Part shown: positions 53,116 through 61,780 of the stretch, one piece after another
Position numbering within the stretch: the first letter of the stretch is position 1
Layout of the letters: each line of letters begins with the position of its first letter
Source: Patescibacteria group bacterium
Lineage (GTDB): Bacteria > Patescibacteriota > Patescibacteriia > Patescibacteriales > UBA12465
Direction of reading: 5' to 3'
DNA length: 64,000 nucleotides
NCBI GenBank assembly: GCA_023229115.1
Contig: JALNZW010000001.1
Location: 134,861-198,860 of the forward strand
The notes under the pieces: model-generated
The model's input: only the letters and a program-made list of their open reading frames with translations
Told to the model about the DNA's origin: nothing
Databases searched by the model: none
Made by a program: the position numbers and the translations under genes

Positions 53116-54486
53116 ATGAAAAATTTTAAAAAAATAGCCTTATTTCTAGTTTTGTTGGGAGGTGTTGTTTATTTAACCTCAATTCCAGCCAAAACCAAGG
53201 TTAAATCTTATTATTCTGGTGATGCTATTAATTATGAACAAGACTTAATTGTAGCCTCAACTGATAGTGAATATTTGGAGATTTTTAGATTAGAAGATGA
53301 TGGTCTAAAAAGAAAAATGTATTGGCGTCCTTTTGATTCTCGATTCAATAAAGATGATAGTTTTTATGGAGTTAAATTAAATATTGAAAGTGGACGTTTG
53401 TATGCTTATGTCATTTCTGGCTTTACTATTTACAAGTATGACATTTCTAATCTGAATAGTTATGAATTAGTTAAAGAAGTGAAAAATACTTATTGGGAAT
53501 GGTATAATCGAATTGATAAATTCGGTGATAATATTGTAACTATTAGTGCTAAAGGGGTTAAGGTTTGGAGTAGTAATTTAGAGGTTATAGATTCTTATGT
53601 TCTTGAAAATGACACTCCATACAATATTTCTAGTGGTGGTCATCCAAGTTTAATTTTTAATTTAGTTGAAAAAAATAATGAAATAGAGATATATGACAAG
53701 GGAGAGAGAAAAATAGCTGATAGATTGCAATTAAATTTTTATGGCGATAAAAATAATCGTGGAATATATTATGATTCTTATGATAATCATATTTATTTTG
53801 CTGATGATTTGTCGGTTAAAAAAGTTGGCCTAAACGGATCTTTAAAAGCAACCTTTGAGCACTTAGGTTATCCAGGCTACGATGTTCACTCTTCTGGTAA
53901 TGAGTATTTATACTTTTCTAATGGTTTAGGGGTGGTTAAAATTAGAAAATCAGATATGAGTGTTGTTACTTCCTTGAGAACAGGTGGTGTTGTAGCTGAA
54001 GAAGGTTGGGCTATGGGTTTAAAAGCTGTGGCTACTTATGATGGTGATAGAATTACTGTTTTTAATAATTCTAGTATTTTAATTTTAGATTCAAATTTAG
54101 ATGTTTTGGGTTATTTTAAAGCTGGTCAAGATGATAAAGTTTATCCAAAGGAAAATTTGTATTTAAATTTAAGTTCTCCAGTCGTTGACAGTGGAACTCA
54201 ATTTGAAATAAGTGGTGGCGGTTATTTACCAAATGAAAAATTAGTAATTGAATTTTATAATCAAAAAATAGAAGTTTCAGCTGATGCCGATGGTCGTTTT
54301 AATAAAATTTTAAACGGACCAAGCTTGCAGGAAAGTTCTTCTAGAAATAGAGTAACAACTCAAAGTGTTAGAAATGGCTTTGATGTTAATAATATTTCAG
54401 AAAAAACAGATGTTAAAGTTAGTGGTAAGGATTCTAAGTTAACATATAGTATTAGTTTAGAAGTTCAAGAAACAGTTTTAAAATAA
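53116..54486 (+). CDS. Secreted/anchored beta-rich protein (propeller-like), unknown function
   Basis: N-terminal hydrophobic segment IALFLVLLGGVVYL and repetitive beta-strand-like blocks; 456 aa. Confidence 0.45.
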   Translation: MKNFKKIALFLVLLGGVVYLTSIPAKTKVKSYYSGDAINYEQDLIVASTDSEYLEIFRLEDDGLKRKMYWRPFDSRFNKDDSFYGVKLNIESGRLYAYVISGFTIYKYDISNLNSYELVKEVKNTYWEWYNRIDKFGDNIVTISAKGVKVWSSNLEVIDSYVLENDTPYNISSGGHPSLIFNLVEKNNEIEIYDKGERKIADRLQLNFYGDKNNRGIYYDSYDNHIYFADDLSVKKVGLNGSLKATFEHLGYPGYDVHSSGNEYLYFSNGLGVVKIRKSDMSVVTSLRTGGVVAEEGWAMGLKAVATYDGDRITVFNNSSILILDSNLDVLGYFKAGQDDKVYPKENLYLNLSSPVVDSGTQFEISGGGYLPNEKLVIEFYNQKIEVSADADGRFNKILNGPSLQESSSRNRVTTQSVRNGFDVNNISEKTDVKVSGKDSKLTYSISLEVQETVLK

Positions 54487-54504
54487 TAAAATAAAAACAA
54501 AGAT

Positions 54505-55308
54505 ATGGATTTAAGTAGTTTATTAAAACAAAAAAGACAAACCTTGCTTTCTATTTTTTTAATTTTTTTAGTTATTGGATCTGCTTTTGTTTTATTGCAA
54601 GAATTTAAGTTTGGAACAAAATCAAAAATATTAGTTATTCAAGAAGGCTATGGTCGAGTTGATCCCTATGCTGTTTCTAGGTCAGTTGAATATTTATCTG
54701 ATTTATTTTCTCGAGTTATATATTCTAATTCTTTTTTTAGTCTTGTGGTTAGCTCTGATTTTGATATTGAGGAAGGTTATTTTGGTGAAGATGCTACTAA
54801 GCAAATGAAGAAATGGAAGAAAACTATTAGCGCTAAGGCTGTTGAAAATTCTGGCATAATTAATATTAATATTTACCATCCAGACGCTAGTCAAGCCAAG
54901 CAGATTGCTTTAGCTGTTAATCATATTTTAATAACTCAAAACCAAAATTATCAAGGTTTAGGTGATTCTGTTAAAATTAGTGTTCTAGATCAGCCAGTTG
55001 TCTCTAAATATCCAGTTAAACCAGGTTTATTTTTTAATTTATTATTTATTTTTGGTTTGAGTTTGTTGTTCGGTTTAATCTATATTTATGTTTTTCCTGA
55101 AGAAAGGTATGATTTAAATTTCTTTGTTTCTAAAAACAAAAATAGGAGAAACCTTGAAAATAGAAATAATAGTAAAAGGGAAAATGTTTCAGCTTTAAGC
55201 AAACAGAATATAGCTATAGATGAAAATAGAGATAAGATGGAAAAAAACATGGAAATTGATGAAGGAGAAGATGATGATGATTCTGGTAGTATTGACAATG
55301 TTTTTTAA
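54505..55308 (+). CDS. Wzz-like polysaccharide chain-length determinant (short PCP)
   Basis: Two-TM topology (N-terminal LLSIFLIFLVIGSAFVLL and C-proximal LFFNLLFIFGLSLLFGLIYIYVF) bracketing an extracytoplasmic domain. The tail is acidic. Confidence 0.55.
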   Translation: MDLSSLLKQKRQTLLSIFLIFLVIGSAFVLLQEFKFGTKSKILVIQEGYGRVDPYAVSRSVEYLSDLFSRVIYSNSFFSLVVSSDFDIEEGYFGEDATKQMKKWKKTISAKAVENSGIININIYHPDASQAKQIALAVNHILITQNQNYQGLGDSVKISVLDQPVVSKYPVKPGLFFNLLFIFGLSLLFGLIYIYVFPEERYDLNFFVSKNKNRRNLENRNNSKRENVSALSKQNIAIDENRDKMEKNMEIDEGEDDDDSGSIDNVF

Positions 55309-55312
55309 GGTA

Positions 55313-55341
55313 TTGACAATATTATTAAATTGTTATATAAT
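55313..55341 (+). promoter_or_regulatory. Perfect consensus sigma-70 promoter (TTGACA-17-TATAAT) of the foreign cassette
   Basis: TTGACA at 55313-55318, a 17-nt spacer, and TATAAT at 55336-55341. Confidence 0.65.
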
Positions 55342-55369
55342 ATAAGGTTCTTTGAAAAATATTCTCTTA

Positions 55370-55422
55370 AAGTTAAACAATTAAAAGTTATTGAATTTCG
55401 ATGATTTTTAATTGTTTAACTT
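55370..55422 (+). promoter_or_regulatory. 17-bp perfect inverted repeat (19-nt spacer) in the cassette 5' leader
   Basis: AAGTTAAACAATTAAAA (55370-55386) is the exact reverse complement of TTTTAATTGTTTAACTT (55406-55422). Confidence 0.7.
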
Positions 55423-55438
55423 AAAACACAGGAGAATC

Positions 55439-56335
55439 ATGAAAAAACTGACTAAAGTCTTAGCATCGGCGCTGTTATTAGCGCTTATTCCATTCGCTCT
55501 TTCAGCGCAATCTACTCGTTTTAATCTGAGTTATAGTTACTACAACTCATTTAACTCAGAGATTAATGTCATAAATGGCGTGGACACGATTTCTATGTCC
55601 AAAAGCGGCAAGGGTCACTTAAATAGACTCTATGCCAATTTATTTTTTGAAGACAATTTTGTCCCCGGTGTTTTTTTCGGAATTTCTGCTGAAGTTCAGC
55701 AGAAAAATATTGGAAAAATAACAAACGATTGGGTAAGCGGGGACTACGATCACCGTATCCTCTATGGATATGATTATGCCTTAGGTGCTGTTGTAAAATG
55801 GGATGAGATTCCAATCAATGTTGAAACCGAGGCTAATTTAGGTGTTTCGTTGCTTTATCAGAGCCATGAAATAAACTGGTTTTCTCGGCAAAACAACAAC
55901 CAAGCCGTTTTACTTGATTACAAGCGATTTGGCGTTGGAGTAAATTTTGGCATGATTATGTCTCGACCAAGCTACGAAAGCAGGTGGTTACCAAAAGGAG
56001 ATTTTGCTTTTAAATTTGCTTATTTCCCAGAGAAGGTAATGGAAGGAAATCACCTAGCTTATGCTGGTGAAATAAATCTTAACCTTGTAAAAATATTGCA
56101 AGGTGATAGGTTTTATCTTTCACCAACAGTAGGTTTTTCCGTCGATGAAGTACAGCAAGTTTCGTTAGGTTTCTCTCCGTTTATTTCAGGAGGATTAGCA
56201 TTGTCTCTCAGCGAATATCGAGCTGATTTTATCAAAGTTTATTATCAGAAAAGAGTCTATCAGGAAATTGTACCGCAGTACACTCTTGATGGAATATTTT
56301 TTTCTGTCAACATAGGATGTCTATTTAATAGATAA
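55439..56335 (+). CDS. Signal-peptide protein with outer-membrane beta-barrel-like sequence pattern; compositionally foreign
   Basis: The AGGAG SD at 55430-55434 sits 4 nt before the ATG. Signal peptide MKKLTKVLASALLLALIPFALSAQ. It has alternating hydrophobic/polar strands and an aromatic-rich C-terminus (GIFFSVNIGCLFNR). The first 60 nt contain 24 G+C, against 14 for the gene at 53116. I prefer ATG 55439 over TTG 55412. Confidence 0.8.
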   Translation: MKKLTKVLASALLLALIPFALSAQSTRFNLSYSYYNSFNSEINVINGVDTISMSKSGKGHLNRLYANLFFEDNFVPGVFFGISAEVQQKNIGKITNDWVSGDYDHRILYGYDYALGAVVKWDEIPINVETEANLGVSLLYQSHEINWFSRQNNNQAVLLDYKRFGVGVNFGMIMSRPSYESRWLPKGDFAFKFAYFPEKVMEGNHLAYAGEINLNLVKILQGDRFYLSPTVGFSVDEVQQVSLGFSPFISGGLALSLSEYRADFIKVYYQKRVYQEIVPQYTLDGIFFSVNIGCLFNR

Positions 56336-56353
56336 AAAAACTCTCCTGTGTTG

Positions 56354-56386
56354 AAAAGGAGGTCTTAAAACCTCCTTTTTTCTTTT
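56354..56386 (+). terminator. Rho-independent terminator of the cassette
   Basis: GGAGG (56358-62) pairs with CCTCC (56371-75), with A-run and T-run extensions. Confidence 0.8.
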
Positions 56387-56403
56387 TAATAAGTATTTTT
56401 ATA

Positions 56404-56435
56404 TAAAAAAACATCCCCAGAAGGGATGTTTTTTA
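56404..56435 (-). terminator. Rho-independent terminator of rpmA
   Basis: CATCCC (56412-17) pairs with GGGATG (56423-28), flanked by A7 and T6. Confidence 0.75.
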
Positions 56436-56453
56436 AAAGAAAAAAGAGTCTTA

Positions 56454-56726
56454 TTATAGAACATTAACAACCTTTTTGCTAATCATTCTGCCGTCAAATT
56501 TTTTCATTTTTCTGGTTTGGAATTTTACTTTTCCTGATTTTAGAGAAAATAAAGTATCGTCACTGCCTTTGCCGACGTTTTCTCCTGGAACGTATTTAGT
56601 ACCTCTTTGCCTAATTATGATTGAACCAGTTTTAGCTGATTGTCCATCGGCTAATTTTACACCTAATCTTTTACTCTGGGAATCTCGGCCTAACGCGGTT
56701 GATCCTCCAGCCTTTTTATGAGCCAT
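56454..56726 (-). CDS. rpmA: 50S ribosomal protein L27
   Basis: [24 protein letters not shown] is the invariant L27 N-terminus; 90 aa. Confidence 0.95.
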   Translation of the reverse strand: MAHKKAGGSTALGRDSQSKRLGVKLADGQSAKTGSIIIRQRGTKYVPGENVGKGSDDTLFSLKSGKVKFQTRKMKKFDGRMISKKVVNVL

Positions 56727-56830
56727 ATAGTTTAAAAATCATTTTAAATAAAAAAACAGATAAAATGACTTATCATTAATTTTATACCTATTTAAATTAT
56801 ACTTATTAAATATAACAAAACTAGTTTTGC

Positions 56831-56859
56831 TTGTCAATATTCAATAATTCTATTATAAT
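56831..56859 (+). promoter_or_regulatory. Promoter (TTGTCA-17-TATAAT) for the ferredoxin/ATPase operon
   Basis: TTGTCA at 56831-56836, a 17-nt spacer, and TATAAT at 56854-56859. Confidence 0.55.
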
Positions 56860-56930
56860 GGTGATGTAGAAAATATTTTAATTTTTTAAAAATCAATGTT
56901 TTTTTATCCTTGATTTTTAGTCTTAATTTT

Positions 56931-57107
56931 ATGTCAATCAAAGTTGATCAAAGCAAGTGTGTTGGTTGTGGGATGTGTGTTAATATGTGTCCTAAGGTTT
57001 TTAAAATGAATTCAGCTGGAAAATCAGAAGTTATTAGTCAGCAAGATGTTGATTGTGCTAGAAATGCAGCTAACAGTTGTCCAGTTGAGGCTATTAAAGC
57101 TGAATAA
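56931..57107 (+). CDS. Small single-cluster ferredoxin
   Basis: CVGCGMCVNMCP ... C ... SCPVEAI pattern in a 58-aa protein. I prefer ATG 56931 over TTG 56910. Confidence 0.8.
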   Translation: MSIKVDQSKCVGCGMCVNMCPKVFKMNSAGKSEVISQQDVDCARNAANSCPVEAIKAE

Positions 57108-57111
57108 TTCT

Positions 57112-57612
57112 ATGGCTGAAGATTTAATCAAGAAAATAGAACGAGAAGTAAATAGGGGCGACAAAGAATCTTTTGATTCCCAAGAAAAAAGAAGTGAAGA
57201 TCAAGAGTCTTTTGATATTGGTTTTGAACAAAATGAAAACCTAGCAGAAAGATCAATCGAAGATAAGGAGGAGTTTACAAAACCAGGGGAAGGTTTTTCT
57301 TCGGGATCAGCTCCGGCGACTGTTGTAAGTAGTGAAAAAAATGAAAGAGAAGTTAAAATAGAAGAAATATTATCAGTTGGTCTGGATGATATTTTTTTAA
57401 ATTTATCACCCCAGAAACAAAAAGAATTTAAAATTGAAGGAGAAAAAGCTGTCTCTAAAATTAACGTTTTACTTGATAAAGCTAAAATTAATGTAGAAAA
57501 AGTTATTAATATTATAAAAAAATGGTTATCAATAATTCCTAAGGTTAATAAGTTCTTTTTGGAGCAAGAAGCTAAGATAAAAGCTGATCAAATAATAAAA
57601 TTGAAAAAATAA
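57112..57612 (+). CDS. Acidic/coiled-coil hypothetical protein preceding the ATPase
   Basis: It begins MAEDLIKKIEREV. The E/D/S/K-rich N-half is likely disordered and the C-half is amphipathic. I prefer ATG 57112, because the track start 57046 would overlap the ferredoxin by 62 nt. Confidence 0.6.
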   Translation: MAEDLIKKIEREVNRGDKESFDSQEKRSEDQESFDIGFEQNENLAERSIEDKEEFTKPGEGFSSGSAPATVVSSEKNEREVKIEEILSVGLDDIFLNLSPQKQKEFKIEGEKAVSKINVLLDKAKINVEKVINIIKKWLSIIPKVNKFFLEQEAKIKADQIIKLKK

Positions 57613-57615
57613 TTT

Positions 57616-60135
57616 ATGAATAATATTCAAAGCATTGATTTGGAGACAATTGAATCTTCTGGTTTTTTTTCTTCAGACTATTTCTATTTAGCACTTTTTT
57701 TTATAAGTGTTTTTTTGCTTTTTTTATTAATTCGTTTTTTTGTTAGATATTATAGTGTTAGGGGTAAAAATTCTAATCAAGCTATTTTTTTAGTCAGACT
57801 TCCTAAGGAGAAGCCAAAGGATCAAGACAAGGGAGAAAGTTTACAACAATTGCAAGAAGAAATAGCTAAGGGTGAAACTGTTTTCGCTAGTATTGGTGGC
57901 TTAAGAGCTCAAAGAGGCTTGGCTGCCTGGTTTTTTGGTCGTACTGATAATTTTTCTTTTGAAATTATTTCTAATAAAAATAAAATATCTTTTTATATTA
58001 CAGCCCCCAAAGAAAAAGCCTTATATATAGAGCAACAAATTCACGCTCACTACCCAGAGGCTTCAGTGGAAGAAGTTGAAGATTACAATATTTTTAATCC
58101 TCAAGGATATATTCTAGCTGGTTATTTACAAGCTAAAAGAAGTTTTATTTTTCCTTTTTTAGATTATAGCGAGATGGATTCTGACCCTATGAATTCGTTG
58201 ATTAATGTTATGTCTAAGCTTGAATCGGATGAAAGTATTGCTGTTCAATATGTAGTTAGAAGCGCCAAAAAAGGTTGGCACGCCAAAATTAAAGAATCGG
58301 TGCTTAAGGCTTATAAAAGCCAGGATGTTAGTGAGATATTTAGAATTAGTAGTAATTCTTTTTATAATGCTATTAATTTTTTTATTTATGATATTTTATT
58401 GGGCATGTTTGATATGGGTCGACCAGAAAAAAAAGAAAGTGATAATGGCAATAAAAAAGAGTTGACGGAAAAGGAAAGAGAAATGCTTAAAAAAATGGAA
58501 GAAAAGAATTCTAAGGCTGGCTTGGATGTAAATTTGAGAGTAGTTGTTAGCGCTAAAACAAAAGAAAAAACTCAAACGTATTTTGAAAATATTTCTAATG
58601 CTTTTAGTGAATATAATTATTATGAGTATGGTAATGCTTTTAAAAAAGTGGCTAAAGGTAATCAAGAAGATATAATCAATGATTTTATTTATAGACATTT
58701 TATTGATAGTCAAAGCTTCTTGTTGAACACCGAGGAACTAGTGTCTATGTATCATTTTCCTTTATCTCACACAGAAACACCCAATATTGATTGGTTGACA
58801 TCTAAAACAGCAGCAGCTCCTAGTAACTTACCCAAAGAAGGTGTTCTTTTAGGGTTTAATCTGTTTAGAGGTATTAAAACCGATGTCAGAATTAAAAAAA
58901 TTGACCGTCGTCGTCATATGTATATTATTGGTAAATCAGGAACTGGTAAATCTGTTTTGCTTAATAATTTGGCTATTCAGGATATACAAAATGGTGATGG
59001 TGTTTGTGTTATGGACCCTAATGGTGATTTGATTGAAGATATTTTAAATAGGATTCCGCCTGAAAGAGCAGAAGATGTTATAGTTTTTTCTCCCTCAGAC
59101 ACTGAAAGACCTCTTGGTTTGAACTTATTAGAGTATGATGAAAGATACCCAGAACAGAAAACTTTTGTTATCAATGAAATGATTGGTATCTTTGATAAAT
59201 TATATGATTTAAAAGCAACTGGTGGTCCAATGTTTGAGCAATACATGAGAAATGCTTTACTTTTAATTATGGATAGTCCAGAAACTGGCTCAACCTTAAT
59301 GGAAATTTCAAAAGTTTTGGCTGATGAAGATTTTAGAAGAATGAAACTTAGAATGTGCAAAAATCAAACAGTAGTTGATTTTTGGCAGAAAGAAGCTGAA
59401 AAAGCCGGAGGTGAGGCGGCATTAGCTAATATGGTGCCTTATATAACCTCTAAATTGACCCCCTTTGTCTCCAATGACATGATGATGCCAATTATAGGCC
59501 AACAAAAAAGCGCTTTTAATTTTAGAGATTTAATGGATAGTCGTAAGATATTAATGGTTGATCTTCCTAAAGGTGCTATTGGAGAAACTAATGCTTATTT
59601 ATTAGGTATGATTATTGTTGGCAAGATATTGATGGCAGCTCTTTCTAGAACTGATATGCCAGCCGAGGACAGAAAAGACTTTTATTTATATATTGATGAG
59701 TTTCAAAACTTTACAACCAATTCTATTTGTCAAATATTGTCTGAAGCTAGAAAATACGCCTTATGCCTTAATATAGCTCATCAGTATATCGGTCAGCTTA
59801 GTAAAAATCAAGATTCTCAAATTAAGGATGCTGTTTTTGGTAACGTTGGAACTATGGTTAGTTTTAAGGTGGGGTCAGAGGATGCTGACTTTTTAGTTAA
59901 AGAGTTTGGACCAGTTTTTAACGAATATGATTTGGTTAATATTGGTCGAGGTGGTTTTGCTAAGCTATTAGTCGATGGTCAAGGGACTAGGCCATTTTCT
60001 TTGCAAACTATTTGGCCTTTAATGGGTGATTTTAGACAAGGAATGTCGCAAAATGTTAGACAGCTTAGTCGTTATAAATACGGACAAGATAGAAATATAA
60101 TTTTAAGAGACATTGCTAATCGTCGAATTGATTAA
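57616..60135 (+). CDS. Membrane-anchored FtsK/HerA-superfamily ATPase, TraD/VirD4 (type IV coupling protein)-like, with a distinctive N-terminal module
   Basis: TM segment YFYLALFFISVFLLFLLIRFFV. Walker A is YIIGKSGTGKSVLL and Walker B is FYLYIDEFQNF. ARKYALCLNIAHQYIGQL is typical of TraD/TrwB-type proteins. The N-terminal 400 aa are homologous to the 2518-4032 protein. Confidence 0.8.
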   Translation: MNNIQSIDLETIESSGFFSSDYFYLALFFISVFLLFLLIRFFVRYYSVRGKNSNQAIFLVRLPKEKPKDQDKGESLQQLQEEIAKGETVFASIGGLRAQRGLAAWFFGRTDNFSFEIISNKNKISFYITAPKEKALYIEQQIHAHYPEASVEEVEDYNIFNPQGYILAGYLQAKRSFIFPFLDYSEMDSDPMNSLINVMSKLESDESIAVQYVVRSAKKGWHAKIKESVLKAYKSQDVSEIFRISSNSFYNAINFFIYDILLGMFDMGRPEKKESDNGNKKELTEKEREMLKKMEEKNSKAGLDVNLRVVVSAKTKEKTQTYFENISNAFSEYNYYEYGNAFKKVAKGNQEDIINDFIYRHFIDSQSFLLNTEELVSMYHFPLSHTETPNIDWLTSKTAAAPSNLPKEGVLLGFNLFRGIKTDVRIKKIDRRRHMYIIGKSGTGKSVLLNNLAIQDIQNGDGVCVMDPNGDLIEDILNRIPPERAEDVIVFSPSDTERPLGLNLLEYDERYPEQKTFVINEMIGIFDKLYDLKATGGPMFEQYMRNALLLIMDSPETGSTLMEISKVLADEDFRRMKLRMCKNQTVVDFWQKEAEKAGGEAALANMVPYITSKLTPFVSNDMMMPIIGQQKSAFNFRDLMDSRKILMVDLPKGAIGETNAYLLGMIIVGKILMAALSRTDMPAEDRKDFYLYIDEFQNFTTNSICQILSEARKYALCLNIAHQYIGQLSKNQDSQIKDAVFGNVGTMVSFKVGSEDADFLVKEFGPVFNEYDLVNIGRGGFAKLLVDGQGTRPFSLQTIWPLMGDFRQGMSQNVRQLSRYKYGQDRNIILRDIANRRID

Positions 60136-60137
60136 TT

Positions 60138-60959
60138 ATGAGCATTTTTTTTCAAATAAAAGCATTGATATTGGGCATGGTCCAGGGCTTTACTGAGTTT
60201 TTACCAATATCTTCAACCGCCCATCTTTTAATATTTGCTAAAATTCTAAAATTAGAGCTTAGTGATTTTATCAAAAGCTTTATTATTATAATTCAATTTG
60301 CTTCTATTTTGGCTGTTGTTTTTTTGTATTGGAAAAAAATAATTGATAATTTTTTTACCTACTTTAAAAAATTAGTTATAGCTTTTATTCCGACAGCTAT
60401 CTTGGGCTTAATTTTTTATAAAATAGTAAAAAATTTCTTACAAGAAAGTTTTTTAATTATCTCTTTATCCCTATTTTTAGGCGGAGTATTAATGATAATT
60501 CTAGAAAATTATTATTATCAAAAAAAGCAGAAGACGTCTGTTGAAAATAAAAAAGATTCAATGCTTGACCCGATAAAGGAAATAAGTTATAAAAAATGTT
60601 TTTATATTGGCTTATTTCAAGCTATAGCCATGATCCCAGGAGTTTCTAGATCAGCAGCCACTATTTTTGGTGGACTTTTTCTAGGTATTAGTCGTAAGGC
60701 TATTGTTGAATTTTCTTTTTTATTAGCGATTCCAACCATGGCGGCTGCCACTGGTTTAGATTTAATAAAAACAGGTTTAAGTTTTCAAAAAAATGAAGTT
60801 GTATTTTTAATTATTGGTTTTTTAACTTCTTTTATTGTTGCCATGTTTTCTATTAAATTTTTATTAAAATTTATTAAAAAAAGTGATTTTAAACCTTTTG
60901 CTTGGTACAGGATAATTATTGGTTTATTGACTTTTTTATTCTTTTTGTTTAAGCTATAG
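60138..60959 (+). CDS. uppP: Undecaprenyl-diphosphate phosphatase
   Basis: GMVQGFTEFLPISSTAHL and PGVSRSAATI motifs; 8 TM. It starts 2 nt after the ATPase stop. Confidence 0.92.
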   Translation: MSIFFQIKALILGMVQGFTEFLPISSTAHLLIFAKILKLELSDFIKSFIIIIQFASILAVVFLYWKKIIDNFFTYFKKLVIAFIPTAILGLIFYKIVKNFLQESFLIISLSLFLGGVLMIILENYYYQKKQKTSVENKKDSMLDPIKEISYKKCFYIGLFQAIAMIPGVSRSAATIFGGLFLGISRKAIVEFSFLLAIPTMAAATGLDLIKTGLSFQKNEVVFLIIGFLTSFIVAMFSIKFLLKFIKKSDFKPFAWYRIIIGLLTFLFFLFKL

Positions 60960-60990
60960 AGTAAAATTTGTAACTTAAAAACTAAATACT

Positions 60991-61701
60991 ATGAAGAAAA
61001 TCAATTTCTCTGACTGGACTTTTATTTTTGATTTTGATGGAACATTGGCCAATACAACGATGGTCGGTGTTGATAGAATTAATTATATCTGTAAAAAAAT
61101 AAAACTAGAAGAAGGTAAAATTCCAGACAAAATAACGCTTAGAGAGCTTTGGGGCTTGCCTTATAAAGATTTAATAAATATTATAGCCAAAAGATTTGAT
61201 TGGCTAGATAGTGATTGTGAAAATTTTTGGAAAGAAGACTTTCTTTATATCAATCCTAAACCAAAAAAAATTGCCTCAATTGATACGGCCTTGAATTATG
61301 TTTATGATATTGGAGTTAATTTGGCTATTATTTCTAGCAGAGAAAAAGAATCTATTATTGAATTGGCCCCAATTTGTGGTATTAATTTAAATTTTTTTGA
61401 GTATGTTCAAGGCAGTAATTGTCATGAACATATTAAGCCAGATCCTAAGGTTTTTGATTTAATTGAAAATTATTTAACGGAAAAGGGAAGGGATATTGGT
61501 AAAGTTGTTTATATTGGTGACACGGTTAACGCTGATTATGAGGCGGCTAAAAAAAGGGGCTTGAAGTTTGTAGCTATAGCTTCTTCTTTTATGTCTACTC
61601 CGGCTGATTTTGTAGAGTCTGGTCTCGATAAAAAAATGATTTTTAATAATCCGGTCGATTTATGTATTAATACTGACAAAATAATAAAATTTTATTATTA
61701 A
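60991..61701 (+). CDS. HAD-superfamily hydrolase
   Basis: FIFDFDGTLANT (DxDGT) motif I and GDTVNADYEAAKKRG motif IV. Confidence 0.8.
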   Translation: MKKINFSDWTFIFDFDGTLANTTMVGVDRINYICKKIKLEEGKIPDKITLRELWGLPYKDLINIIAKRFDWLDSDCENFWKEDFLYINPKPKKIASIDTALNYVYDIGVNLAIISSREKESIIELAPICGINLNFFEYVQGSNCHEHIKPDPKVFDLIENYLTEKGRDIGKVVYIGDTVNADYEAAKKRGLKFVAIASSFMSTPADFVESGLDKKMIFNNPVDLCINTDKIIKFYY

Positions 61702-61730
61702 TTGAATTGGAAATTTTATTCTCAGTATTC

Positions 61731-61760
61731 AAAAAACCGCCCTTAAAGAGCGGTTTTTTA
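61731..61760. terminator. Bidirectional terminator between the HAD gene and rplA
   Basis: ACCGC (61736-40) pairs with GCGGT (61750-54), flanked by A6 and T6. Confidence 0.7.
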
Positions 61761-61780
61761 TTTTACTGACTTGATGATTA

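Noticed and set aside
55289-55320. The 11-nt direct repeat GTATTGACAAT, considered as a target-site duplication of the foreign cassette.
   Set aside because: Both copies lie on the same (left) side of the cassette, 10 nt apart, and no copy is found at the right junction. More likely it is a local duplication of the -35 region. It is kept only as supporting context.
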